From assembly GCF_009914755.1 (NCBI RefSeq), contig NC_060925.1: a stretch of DNA of 64,000 nt, one strand, 5' to 3'. Each line of letters opens with the position of its first letter. Within the stretch, counting starts at the first letter, position 1. Of the stretch, positions 32,741 to 51,148 are shown piece after piece. Origin of the DNA: the human T2T-CHM13v2.0 reference genome, Homo sapiens. The position numbers were made by a program, and so were the translations under genes. The notes below the pieces were generated by a model, which saw only the letters and a program-made list of their open reading frames with translations, was not told where the DNA came from and ran no database searches.

Positions 32741-34735
32741 GAAATTAAAGAAGACCTAAGTAAATAGAAAGACATCCTAAGTTCATAAATTGGAAGACTT
32801 AATATCATTAAGATGGCAATTCTCCCAAATTGATCTACAGATTCAATATAATCCCTATCAAAATCCAAGCTGCTCTGGAGGGAGGTTGAGAGAGGGGTGA
32901 GAGTTGAAAAATAACCTGTCAGGTACAATGTTCACTATTTGGACACTGGGTACAATAGAAGCCTGATCCCCATCAGTATGCTATATACCCATGTAACTAC
33001 AAGCACATGTACCCCCTAAATCTAAAATAAACTAGTTAAAAAATAAAAACTGCCTTTTTTTGCAGAAATTGGTAAACTGATCCTAAATTTATATGGAAAT
33101 ACAGAAGATACAGAATAATCAAAACAATCCTGAGAAAGAAAATAAAAGTTGAAGAACTCACACTTCCCAATTCTAACTTACAATAAAGTTAAAATAATCA
33201 AGACAATGTGGTACTGACATAAGGATGGACATATGGATCAATGGAATAGAACTGAGAGTCCAAAAATAAAGAAACCAGAAATAAACGAGGAATAAAAATA
33301 CACACATGGTCAATTGATCTTTTTCTTTTCAGTTTTTTGGAGACAGGGTTGCTCTGTTGCCCAGGCTGGAGTGCTATGGCTTGATGATAGGTCACTATAG
33401 CCTTGAATTCCTGGGCTCAAGCAATCCTCCGCCTCAACCTCCCAAGTACCTAAGACTCTCGGTGCATACTACTGCGCTCAGCTAATTTAAACAATTATTA
33501 TTATTTTTTTTTTGTACAGACAAAGTCTCATTATGTTGCCCAAGCTGGTCGCAAACTCCTGGCTTCAAGTGATCCTCTTTCCTTGGCCTTTCATAGTGCT
33601 GGGATTACAGGTGTGAGCCACCATGCCTGGCCTTGGTTAACTGAGTTTTGACAAGGATGCCAAGATGATTCAAGGGAGAAATAATAGTCTTTCAACAAAT
33701 GGAGCTGGGACAATTGGGTATCCCATGCAAAAGGATGAAGCTGGACCCCTAACTCATACTATGTACAAAAATACACTCAAACTGAATCAAAGACCTAAAT
33801 GTAAGAGCTAAAACTATAAAACTCTTTTAAGAAAACATAGACGTAAGTCTTTGTGACCTTGGATCAGACAATGATTTCTTACTTATGACACTAAAAGCAC
33901 AAGCAACCAAAGAAAAATAGGTAATTATGATTTCTTTGAAATTAAAAACTTTTGCGCTTCAAAGGACACTATCAGGAAAGTAAAAAGATAACCCATCAAA
34001 AATATTTGCAAGTCATACATCTGATAGACATCTAGTATCCAAAATACACAAAAAAGTCTTACGATTCAACAACAAAAGGACAAATAACCCAACTGAAAAA
34101 GAGGCAAAAGATTTTAATAAACATTTATCCAAACAAGAAACATAGATGGCTAAGAAGTATAGGAAAAGATGCTCAATATCATTCGTCGATAGGGAAATAC
34201 AAATAAAAACTACAATAAGATACCACTTCATATTCACTAGCATGGCTATAACCAGAAAGACAGACAATAACAAGTGCTGGTGAAGATGTGGAGAAATTGG
34301 AACCCTCACATACTACTGATGAGAATGTGAAACAGTGCGAGCACTTTGGAAAACCATATGGCAGTTCCTCAAAAAATTAAACATAAGCCTGGGCCACATA
34401 GTGAGACCCCATCTCTACAAAAAAATTTAAAAATTAGCCAGGTATGGGTGATATGCAGCCGTGGTCCCAGCTCCTTGGGAGGCTGAGGTGGAAGGATCAC
34501 TTGAGCCCCGGAGATCAAGGCTGTAGTAAGCCGTGATCCCACCACTGCACTCCAGCCTAGGCGACAGAGCCACCCTGTCTCCAAAAAAAAGAAAAAAAGA
34601 AAAAAGAAAAAACGAACAAACATAGAGTTATCATATGACCCAGCAATTTCATTCCTAGGTATATTCTCAAGAGAACTGAAGACATATTCATACGAAAATT
34701 TGTATATGAATGTTCAGAGCAGCATTGTTTACGAT
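32741..34735 (+). mobile_element. L1M (L1MB-like) ORF2 3' portion interrupted by Alus and a short L1P 3' fragment
   Basis: AAATTGATCTACAGATTCAAT, TCTTTCAACAAATGG..CTGG, GATGTGGAGAAATTGGAACCCT, ATGACCCAGCAATT; many stops. Confidence 0.88.
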
Positions 34736-35071
34736 TGTATCACCACAACCAGACAGGAACCCACACTCTCTGCCTTCTTCCCTGTTACCATAAATGAAGT
34801 CCTCTCGCTACTTTCTAAGGCTAACTCTCACCTTGTCAAGGGCTTTGCTTCTGCAACTACATGCTTTTTCTCCTGCAACACCAGATAATCTCTCTCTCTC
34901 CAATAGAGCATTCCAATCAATACATAAACATGTTATATATTTACATCTTAACAACACAACATGAAACAACAAAACTTCCCTTGACTCTACTTGCCCTCCA
35001 GCTACTACTGGTTTTCCCCACTTCATTCCTCCTTCCTCAAATCTCATCACTCTTCAACCCACTCTCTTTAG

Positions 35072-35431
<360 letters not shown>

Positions 35432-35552
35432 TAGCCAAGATGGTCTCAATCTCTTGACCGCATGATCTGCCCGCCTCGCCCTCCCAAAGTGCTGGGATTA
35501 CAGGCGTGAGCCACCATGCCTGGCCTGAGACTCTGTCTTAAAAAATATATGT

Positions 35553-35598
<46 letters not shown>
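35553..35598 (+). repeat. (ATAG)11 tetranucleotide microsatellite
   Basis: Perfect repeat read directly. Confidence 0.95.
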
Positions 35599-36333
35599 TT
35601 TTTTTTATCTACAATTAGTTGAATCCACAGATATGGAGGGCCAACTTTATGTATCTCCAGCTCTGACTTCCATGTTCCAAATGTGTGTACCCAACTGCCT
35701 ACTTGTCATCTCTACCTGAATGCCTAATGGCCATCTGAATGTAAAACCCCCAAGAAGAGCTCTTAGTTCCATGCCCCTGAATTCATTCTTCCTCTTTTCA
35801 GTAATTGGCACTATCATCTATATAGTTGCTCAAGCCAAAGGCCTAAAGGCCATTAGTGATTCCTCCCTTTTTCTCGTTCTTTACATTCTATCCACCTGCA
35901 AGTCCTGCTGTTCTAGTTCCAAAATACCTATGAAATCAAACAGCTTCTCTCCATTTCCGTCATCACTCCCTTCATCCAGCAGCCTCCTAACTGGTACCTC
36001 TACCTCCACCTCTACAATTCATTTTCCATGTAGCAGCCAGAGTGATTTTTCAAAAACATCAATCAAGTCATATCAATGCCTGCTTTTACTGGGCTCTGTA
36101 AGTCTTCACCAAGGCCCACAATTTCCAGCATGCTCTGGCTCCCACCCACCTCTCTCATATCGTAGCCCTCCAGTCCCCTCTTTAATTACCACACTTCGGC
36201 CACACTGCTGTCTCTCTTTTTCTTTCAACACACCCAAGTGGTTTCCATCTTAGGATCTTTGCCTTTGCATCCCTCTGCCTTCAGTACTCTGCCCTCAATC
36301 CTCACTGAGCTTTCTGTCTCACACAGACTCAAT

Positions 36334-36526
36334 CAGTGCTGTTCAATAGAACTTTCTGTAATGAGGGAAGTGTCCTTTATCTGCACTGTACAATATGGTA
36401 GCCACTAGCCACATATGGTTATTGAGCACTTGAAATGTGCCTAGTGTGACTCAGAAACTGAATTATTTGATTTAATTTAAATTTAAACAGGCACAAGGGA
36501 GAGTGGATATCATATTGAACCACTGA
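36334..36526. mobile_element. MER3-like hAT-Charlie MITE
   Basis: CAGTGCTGTTCAATAGAACTTTCTG...ATATGGTAGCCACTAGCCACAT...ATTGAACCACTG with inverted termini. Confidence 0.75.
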
Positions 36527-36843
36527 AGATAAATTTCCCATAAGCCATTCTCTATTAAATTATCCTGTTTTATTTTCTTCAAGGCACATTTCTGTAGATG
36601 AAATAATCTTATTCATTTATTTATTCATTTTCTGCTTCTATCTACAAGAATTTTGGTTCTCTGAGAGCAGAGGCCTTACGGATCTTGTGTACAGTGCACC
36701 ACCCAATACTCAGAGCCTGGAACTGTCAGGAATGCGGTAGACACTTGATAAATATTAACTGATGAATAAAGCATTACATCAGCAGTTCTCCACATGTGAT
36801 CTGCAAAGAATAAAGCATTACATCAGCAGTTCTCCACATGTGA

Positions 36844-37163
<320 letters not shown>

Positions 37164-37324
37164 TGATCTGCCCTCCTCGGCCTCCCAAAGTGCCGGGATT
37201 ACAGGAGTGAGCCACTGTGCCCGGCCTTTTTTTTTTTTGAGAGAGAGTCTGGCTCTGTCGCCCAGGCCGGAGTGCAGTGGTGTGATCTTGGCTCACTGCA
37301 GCTCCACTTCCCCAGTTCAAGTGA

Positions 37325-37444
<120 letters not shown>

Positions 37445-37619
37445 TGAGTAGCTGGGATGACAGGCGCGTGACACCATGCCTGGCTAATTTTTGTACTTTT
37501 AGTAGAGACGGGGTTTTACCATGTTGGTCAAGCTAGTCTCGAACTCCTGACCTTGTGATCCACCCGTCTCAGCCTCCCAAAGTGCTGGAATTACAGGCGT
37601 GAGATACCGCGCCAGGCCA

Positions 37620-40270
<2,651 letters not shown>

Positions 40271-40922
40271 TACGCCCACCTTTTCTAGTTATCTGTGTGA
40301 GACTGAATTTCTTCATACGCTTCAACCAAAACACCATATTTCAACAGATCAAATGAAGAAGTAGATATGGAAATTTAGCTGCATTTCATTAACCCAGAAT
40401 TAAAAAGATTTGTAAAAATGTAAAACAATGCCATTTTTCTCACTAATTATTTTGTTTGGAAATGTAGGGGTTTTTTTAAATTTAACAATGTTTTATTTAT
40501 GTTAACATTAATTTAATGAGTCTTTTTATTTTTAAATAAATATTTTAAAAATTCTTAATTTTAACTTTTTTCTTTTTAAGACAGGGTTTCACTCTGTTGC
40601 CCATGCTGGAATGCAGTGGTGTAATAATGGCTCACTGCAGCCTTGACCTCCTGGACTCAAGAGATCCACCCACCTCAGCCTCCTGAGTAGCTGGGACTAC
40701 AGGTGTGCACAACCACGCCCAGCTAATTTCTATATTTCTTGTAGGGACAGGGTTTCGTCATGTTGCCCAAGCTGGTCTCAAACTCCTGGGCTCAAGTGAT
40801 CTGCCCACCTCAGCCTCCCAAAGTGCTGGGATTACAGGTGTGAGCCACCATGTCTGGCCAATTTTAATTTATAATATGGCAAATATCAATAATAAAACCC
40901 ACATAAACAAAAGCTCTTTTAA

Positions 40923-41105
<183 letters not shown>

Positions 41106-41661
41106 TAGTAGAAACGGGGTTTCACCATGTTAGCCAGGCTGGTCTTGAACTCCTGACCTCAAGTTTTCTGCCCACCTCGGCCTCCCAAAGTGCTGGGATT
41201 ACAGGCGTGAGCCACTGTGCCTGGCCTTCAATAATTTTTAACAGCATAATAGAGTCCTGAGATCAAGAAGTTTGGGAGACACTGCTATAGATAAATACTA
41301 ATAAGCTTAAAATACCTTGATGCATTGGTGGAGGGAAAACAAGATAATTACAAATAAGCAACCCCATTTGGAAAACGGGAGAAGGAGAACACTCAGTGGT
41401 CCACGGTGTGCATTACATGAAGAACAGCAAGTATTTCCTGCCTCAATAGAGCAGGGCCAGTCTGGCTGCTTTACCTTGGTGGAGGGACTCCCCTACCCAC
41501 TGTAATTCTGCGGCCACACCGTAGAAGGGTTTTGAGGATTTCCTGTGGGTACTCTTTGGGGCCAAGACATTGCCTTAGCGGTTGATCAGCAGTCACAGGC
41601 TTCCACTTGCCAGGATTGGGGTTTCTCTGGCAAGACCACTCTATTAAAAGATGTGTAAGTT

Positions 41662-43436
<1,775 letters not shown>

Positions 43437-43726
43437 AAATGTTAGCTTTTATTATTATTTTCTCTGCAAAATTTGTCTATTTCTGGACTCTGAATTGAAG
43501 ATTTGGGAAAATAGCCAGCACATTGACGTATTTCTGTGAAGCCCTCTAAAGTTCCCACCTCTGCTGGGTGCATGATCTGAGTTTCAGGACACTCTGGATG
43601 TGCAGCTGCATCTCAGGGTACACCCGCCTCCCAGCCTGGGATTGGGAAATCCTCACCATTCTATAACCCACCTCAACTCAGCCAACTCCAAGTGTGAGGG
43701 GCCAGCACTAGGAGTATCCCACTTCC

Positions 43727-44110
43727 TGTATTAGTCAACTTCTTTAGTTACAGATGACAGAATCCTAACTGAAATGGGCTTTGGATAAGGGGAAAGACAT
43801 TTGTTGGATTATGTTACTGAAACGTTCAGGGGCTTTAGGCATGGTTAGATCCTGGCATTAAAATGATGTCATCTAGTGTAATCAAATGGTGTTTCTTTCT
43901 CTTTCTTTTTCAATTTCTCAGCTCCACATTCCTCTGTGAGTTGCAATATTAGGTAGTCTCTGTTCTCTGGAAGATTCATGCTTACATCTTCTCAGCTTAG
44001 GAACCCCAGGAGAAAGCAGTCTCTACTCATTTGGAATTCCAGGCAATTCAGGTTTGCTTTGGTTGTGTTCTTTAGCCTTGTAACATCTCAGAGTGATGTC
44101 ACATGTGGCC
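43727..44110 (-). mobile_element. Old MaLR solo LTR (MLT1J/K-like)
   Basis: TGTATTAGTCAAC..GTTACAGATGACAGAA..CTAACTGAAA..GGCTT..AGGCATGGTTAGATCC, typical of reverse MLT1 LTRs. Confidence 0.6.
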
Positions 44111-45477
44111 TCAGAGGACTGAAACCGCACAGCAAGGAAGGGGAGGAGAAGACTGATATTTATCAGCCATCTGTTTTGGAACAGGCATTTTATATCTTCT
44201 CATTCTGAAGACCATCCCTTTTGAGAAGGAAACTCGTTCTTTTTTGTTTGTTTGTTTGAGACAGAGTCTCACTCTGTTGCCCAGGTTGGAGTACTGTGCC
44301 TCAATCTCAGTTCACTGCAACCTCCGGGTTCAAGCGATTCTCCTACCTCAGCCTCCCGAGTAGCCGGGATTACAGGCGTGCACCACCAAACCCAGCTAAT
44401 TTTTGTATTTTTAGTAGAGGCGGGGTTTCACCATGTTGGCCAGGCTGGTCTTGAACTCCTGATCTCCAAGGCCCGCCTCAGCCTCCCAAAATGCTGGGTA
44501 ATCCCAGGCATGAGCCACTGTGCCGGCTACTTCTTTTTTTGATCTAGCTATGTGATTCCCAGAAAAATCAAGGGCCACGTTTGGGTATGTTCTCGAGCTC
44601 CTTTAGGTATGCAAGGAAGAGCCAGGCTCAGAGGACTTTCAGTGATGGTGGCTACAATAAGGACACAGAGGAAGTGAGGTTATTGGGGAAGCCCTCTCAG
44701 CAGCGTCCAGCAAGTCCCCGGAGAACAGGAACTGGGATAGACTTGTGCTCTGGCCCCATGCCCTCTGGGCATGTTCCCAGCATCGATGTCTCCCATACCA
44801 GACAGTCTCACACAGGCATTGGCCTCCATCACATCCAGCTTGTCCAAGGCAGCAAATGGCTCGGGCCCAAATCCTGTGTCCAGTCAGCTACAGTGAGGTT
44901 GGCAGGGCTGGCCTCATTGGACTTACGTGACCTAGATCACAGTGATTTCATGAAGCCAGGTCAGCTCAGGTCCACTGGCCTCAGGAGGCGACTGAGGGAG
45001 CTGTAGGCACTCGGCCTCGTGGTTTTTATGTCTTCCTCCTTGTGCCTTCGTTTCCTTCTTTGTCGAATGAAGGCGTTGGACTGGTCGATCTCAAAGGTGC
45101 TTTCAATTCTGGCTTTCTAGGAGTATATTATTATTATAGTTTGGCCGCACATCAGCTCTAACAAAATGACATGCCATAGCCTCTCTTTGAGGACACTGTA
45201 TCCCATGGTGCTATTTATCATCGGGGATCAGTCACAGGAAACAGAAGTCACTCTAATCGAGCAGAAAGGGATTTAATACAGGGAACCAGACGCTTAAAAA
45301 AATGGGGCCAGGTGCAGTGGCTCATGCCTGTAATCCCCAACACTTTGGGAGGCTGAGGCGGGTGGATCACCTGAGGTCAGGAGTTCAAGACCAGCCCGGC
45401 CAACATGGTGAAACCCCATCCCTACAAAAATACAAAAATTATCTGGGCATGATGGTGGGTGACTGTAATCCCAGCTA

Positions 45478-45908
<431 letters not shown>

Positions 45909-46074
45909 TCAAAAAAAAAAAAATAGTTGGAAGGACTGGAGGAGTGGGCTCTAGGATGTTTTCAGGAATAACTCCCAGAATCAGACTCTGCAAATTGGGC
46001 CCCAGAATAGCTACTAACTCTGGCACAATTGGGAAGGTGATGAGTCAGGAAATGACTACTAGAATTGTTGCACT

Positions 46075-47636
46075 GAAGAACACACCAGGTGAAAAGACTG
46101 CCCACAGATGGGAGAAAATATTTGCAAATTATATATCTGTTCAGGGACTTACATCCAGAATATATAAAGTCTTACAACACAACAACAAAGACAAATAACC
46201 CAGTTAAAAAGTGGGGAAAGGTGGCCGGGCGCGGTGGCTCATGCCTGTAATCCCAACACTTTGGGAGGCTGAGGTGGGCGGATCACAAGGTCAGGAGATC
46301 GAGACCATCCTGGCTAACATGGTGAAACCCCGTCTCTACTAAAAATACAAAAAATTAGCCGGGGGTGGTGGCGGGTGCTTGTAGTCCCAGCTGCTTGGGA
46401 GGCTGAGGCAGGAGAATGGTGTGAACCCAGGAGGCGGAGCTTGCAGTGAGCCAAGATTGCACTGCTGCACTCCATCCTGGGTGACAGAGCGAGATTCCGT
46501 CTCAAAACAAAGACAAAAACAGAAACAAACAAACAAAAAAAAGTGGGGAGAGGATTCAAAGAGACATTTCTTCTAAGAAGACATACACGTGGCCAATGAA
46601 CACAGAAAAAGATGCCCACCAACATGTCATAAGGGAAACATGAATCAAAACCACAATGAAATATCACTTCATACTTACTAGGATGGCTATAATAAAACAG
46701 ACAAAAAGAAATATCCATGCTTACATCTTCTCAGCTTAGGAACCCCAGGAGAAAGCAGCGGTTGGAGGATGTGGAGAAATTGGAACCCTTGTGTGTTGCT
46801 GGTAGGTAAAATGGTGCAGCTGCTGTAGAAAAAAGTGTGGCAGCTCCTCAAAAAGCTAAACGTAGAATTAACACAGGACCCAGCAATCCCATTTCTGGGT
46901 ATATTCCCAAAAGAATTGAAAGCAAGGATTTGAGCACCAATATTTATAGCAGCATTATGTACAACAGCCAAAAAGCGGAAACAACCTAAATGTCCATGAA
47001 TTGAGGGATAAACAAAATGTGGTATATCCATACAATATCCATGCAATATACAATGAAATATTATTCAGGCCAGGCACAGCGGCTCTTGCCTGTAATCCCA
47101 GCACTTTGGGAGGCCGAAGCAGGTGGATCACTTGAGGTCAGGTGTTCGAGACCAGACTGGCCAATAGGGTGAAACCCTGTGTCTACTAAAAATACAAATA
47201 TTAGCTGGGCATGGTGGCACGCACCTGTAGTCCCAGCTACTCAGGAAGCTGAGGCAGGAGAATCACTTGAACTGGGGAGGACGAAGTTGCCGTGAGTAGA
47301 GATGGTGCCACTGCACTCCAGCCTGGGCAACAGAGCGAGACTCCGTCTCAAAAAACAAAAACAAAAACAAAACAATGAAATATTATTCAGCCACAAAACG
47401 AAGTACTGATACATGCTACGACATGGATGAACTTTGAAAAACACTTGCTAAGTAGAAACCAGACACAAAAGGCTACACATTGTATGATTCCATTTATACA
47501 AAATGTCCAGAATAGGAAGATTTATAGAGAAAGTATTAGATTAGTGGTTCTGGGGCTGGGGAGAAGGGGTAGTTAGGACTGATTGCCAATAGGTTTCTTT
47601 TTGGAGTGATGGAAGTGTCCCGGAATTAGATAGTGC
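46075..47636 (+). mobile_element. L1MB-like 3' fragment with two Alu insertions (46223-46542, 47068-47372)
   Basis: CCCACAGATGGGAGAAAATATTTGCAAA, GACCCAGCAATCCCA, TGGTATATCCATACAAT; 3' UTR GGTTTCTTTTTGGAGTGATGG. Confidence 0.85.
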
Positions 47637-47660
47637 TCATCACCCAGAGCGATTTGTGCC

Positions 47661-48224
47661 TCAGCGGGAGGAGGGGGCTACCTCCTTCTGCCATGGCCCC
47701 AGTTGGGAGGCGATGGGCGGACAGCCCACAGGGGACATAGTCGAGGAGACAAGGGAATATTGTAAGCGAGCAGGAGGGTTATAAGGCGGCGGAACTGGGT
47801 GAGGGAGACTTTCCTCTTCTTCAGAAGGAGGCAATACAGGAGGAGCCAAGCTGGCTGAGAGTCGAGGCGAAAGTGAGGTTTGGCTCAAAAGGACCTTGGA
47901 GGTAGAATTATGAATGGTTCATGAGCGGAGCCATGGAGGAGGGCTCCGGACCAAACTCAGCCATTGATCAATGTAGGGAAACCGATCGGGGTGACTGGGA
48001 GTTCCAGCAACTACCCGCCACACAGCCTGGACAATTGCGAGGTTCAGTGACCCTTCTGGGGGCCACCCGGCTCCAAACTTTGGCCATTCTACTTCACAGA
48101 GTGTCCGGAGTTTGCCTTTTTTAAGGTAGACCCCATAATCCTCTGAGAAGCCTAGAGAGAAATTTTGTAACATACATTGGAGAGGGCTCCAATCTTTACG
48201 AGGCCGGGAAGAAGAGTTTCTCAT
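47661..48224 (-). pseudogene. gag: Gammaretroviral gag fragment (matrix p15 plus p12 with PPPY late domain), in-frame stop at 47919-47921
   Basis: WSPLQCMLQNF..KLRTLCEVEWPKFGAGWPPEGSLN..HPDRFPYIDQWLSLVRSPPPWL is the MLV-type MA signature; PVPPPYNP follows in the same frame. Confidence 0.88.
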
Positions 48225-50098
48225 TCTAGAGGCAATTTAACAAGGTTTGAGAAGAAATATTAAACCCAGCACGGACAGAGAAATTTACAACCTGGGGGGC
48301 TGTAGTATCGGAAGAACAGAAGTATTATAACCAGAAGAAGCAGGAAAACAACTATAGTCAACACTTCTTGCCACATAAGGACTGTCTCTTTAAGCTTTGA
48401 GATCTAGGGGGAGGACAAGAGGCAGGTCCGAGGTCAGTGGGACCAATGTGATCCCTCACTCCTCCTTGACCTATAGCCTAAATATTTTTGGTGTCTCCAC
48501 GACTGGGAGGCAAAAAGTTCAAACTTGGCCTTTTCTTTTAAGGGTTTAAAAAGGGAGAGTAGAGCCAAATCTTGGGGGCGCTGGACTTGCTGTGACACAG
48601 GAAAACGAGATGTGCGGGGTAAGGGATGGGGATGTGGAGGAAAGGGGCCACTCGGATCTTCTGAGGCTGGGAGGAGCTGTGCCGGGCAGCGCTGGGTCCC
48701 CTGTGTCGCCAGGACGACTCTGTGGTCCCCCGCCCCGCCTCCAGGCCCCGTCAGGCACTGCAAGCCCGGCTCAGAAGCCCAGCCCGGGGCTAAGGTCACC
48801 ACAGCAGGCCGGGCCCCTGCGTTCCGAGCCGGGTGTGGACGCGCTGGTGCTCAGGGATGTCAGGGGTTTTGACCCCTGAAGGCGCAGGAGTCAGGCGCCC
48901 GCGGGGGTCCCTGGGGGAGGGGGTCCTGCGCCGTCCCCTCCCACTCCTCGCCTGCAGGTCGGGGAGCCTCTGCCGAGGGAAAGGAGGCTGTTGTGTAAAC
49001 TGGTGGAGGCGCGCCTGGCCCCTGGGCCCGGCAACCCGAAGAGACACGCCTGAGACCTCCTGTGTTAGAAAATCTGCACTCAGGACTTTGAAGAAGTCCT
49101 TGCCCAGTCGTCTTGGGCAATATCAACGACCAGACATAAGAAACTTAGACAGACACCAGACAGGACAATAGACACTAAACAAGACAATAGACACTGGGGT
49201 ATATAAACAATTATGACAATTTTTATAGACAGACAAGGGGAGGGGGTCCCGTGATGGGATCAGTCAGATGCCCGCCTGGCTGCTCCCCCTGAGGGGACTT
49301 AGGCTCCTCTTCGCATTGGCAGACCGGTATAAACCCCCGGCTCAGATGGAGCTATGCCAGATGCTGCCTTAAGCCGTATGAGGTCGCCACGGAACAGTAG
49401 GTGAGGGCCCTCTCGAATTCCGTAGCTTTCACGGTGGAGCTACAAACTGGAAATTCAAGCGCAAGCCCTTGAACTCCACATACATGCACTGATTCACACA
49501 GAGTTTACAACAGGTTTTTTTTTTTAATTCCCGTTCTAAAACAGAGGTCTCCAGGAGACCTGAAAGAAGAAGAGATAGAGAAAGAGGGAGGGAGGGAGAG
49601 AGAGGAGAGAGAGAGAAAGAGAGAGAGCGAGAGAGAGAAGAGAGAGAGAGAGAGACAGACAGCCTAGACTTAACGGAGAGGCTGGCCTGCCAGAAACCAG
49701 GACTCAGTCCTCCAGCGTCCTAGAATATGGACAGAGTCACGGGAGGGCCCTCGTCAGGGCTGCTTCCCTCTCAGAGAGACACAGAGGCGCCTAACAGAAA
49801 ACCAGGACTCCGTCCTCCAGCGTCCTGGAATGCGAGCAGAGTCAAAAAGGGACGGCCTTCATCAGAGCCACTTCCCTCCCAGAGAAACAGAGTCAGATCT
49901 GACTTACCTTCCCGGGACTAGAAACTGAGGACTTAGGAGTTGAATTTTTTGTGGGCACACACCGGTGGTCGATCCGTTCCCCTCCGGAAGATAGGGTCTT
50001 ATGGGGCCCTGGAACGTCTTCAGGTGGCGCCTCCCCTGTAAGTCCGCCGTCTGTCCGGGGGAGCCTGGAACGAGTCGGGCTCTCACCCAGGGGCGAAT

Positions 50099-50116
50099 TT
50101 CTCGCTGGGGCCTCCA
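50099..50116 (-). other. Retroviral primer-binding site complementary to the tRNA-Thr 3' end
   Basis: + strand TTCTCGCTGGGGCCTCCA matches the recalled tRNA-Thr(TGT) 3' end with CCA; lies 2 nt from the LTR end. Confidence 0.8.
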
Positions 50117-50316
50117 AATGTTGTAACCAAGCGAGTTATAGAGAAACACCACATTTTGAAACTAATTCAGGAGTCTTTTATTACATGGCGACCGAGAGAT
50201 GGCTAGAGCTCAAAATTCTCTCGGCCCCGAAGAAGGGGCTAGATTTTCTTTTACACTTTGGTTTAGAGAGGGGACGGGGAGCCTAGCTGTAGCAATCTTA
50301 CAGAAGTAAAACAGGC

Positions 50317-50347
<31 letters not shown>

Positions 50348-50758
50348 AAAAAGACAAATGGTTACAGGAAAACAAACAGTTCCAGGTGCAGGGGTTTTAA
50401 ATTCATCACAAGCTGATAGGTGCGGGGGCTCTGGGTGCTATCTGCTGGACACAAATGCAGGGGCTTTAGGGTACCATCACCTGGGCGAATTCCTGGGAAT
50501 CGCGGACATAGCTTGCCACAGTACCTTATCAGTTAATTGCACTCTTTGATATGCTGAGAGTCAGCTTGCACAAGTCCTTGAGGAAGGGGGTGGGTAAGGA
50601 GCCCTTGATGTCTTGCAAAGGAAGGAGCCAAATGGAGTCCATCTCGCTTTCTCAGCTAAGAGAGAGTCAATCAACTTAATACAAGTTACGGTATCACAAG
50701 AACATTTGAAATTTACTCTTCAAATGATGTACATTTGAAATGTACAATCATATACTAT

Positions 50759-51148
50759 TGTATTAGGCCATTCTCAAATTACTATAAAGGAATACCTGAG
50801 ACTGGATAATTTATAAAGAAAACAGGTTTAATTGGCTCATGGTTCTGTAGGCTGTGCAAGCATGGTACCTGGCATCTGCTTGGCTTCTGGGGAGGCCTCA
50901 GGAAGCTTTTATTCATGGTGGAAGGCAGAGCACTTAATACTGGTGAAAGCCAGAGAAATAGAGAGGTGGGGGAGGTGCCACACACTTTCAGTCAACCAGA
51001 TCTCTAGACTCACTATTGTGAGGACAGCATCAATCCGTGAAAGATCCACCCCATGATCCAATCACTTCCCACCAGGCCCCATCTCCAGCACTGGGGATTA
51101 CAATTCAACCTGAGATTTATATGGGCACAAATATCCAAACTCTATCAA
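50759..51148 (-). mobile_element. MST-family MaLR solo LTR inserted in an L1MA 3' fragment (L1 at 50699-50758 and 51149-51511)
   Basis: TGTATTAGGCCATTCTC..ACTATAAAGGAATACCTGAGACTGG..AGGTTTAATTGGCTCA..CCCATGATCCAATCACTTCCCACCAGGCCCC..ATCCAAACTCTATCA. Confidence 0.85.

Larger units (their letters stand above)
47640..50698 (-). mobile_element. 3'-truncated HERV-T/HERV-S71 (gamma-like ERV1): 5' LTR, PBS, long leader, gag MA-p12
   Basis: LTR 50119-50698 (TGTGATACC...GTTACAACA, LTR6-like); PBS 50099-50116; gag N-terminus 47661-48224. Confidence 0.85.

Noticed and set aside
50090-50118. Possible tRNA-Thr gene fragment
   Set aside because: Only the 18-nt 3' end including CCA, next to an LTR, so it is a retroviral PBS
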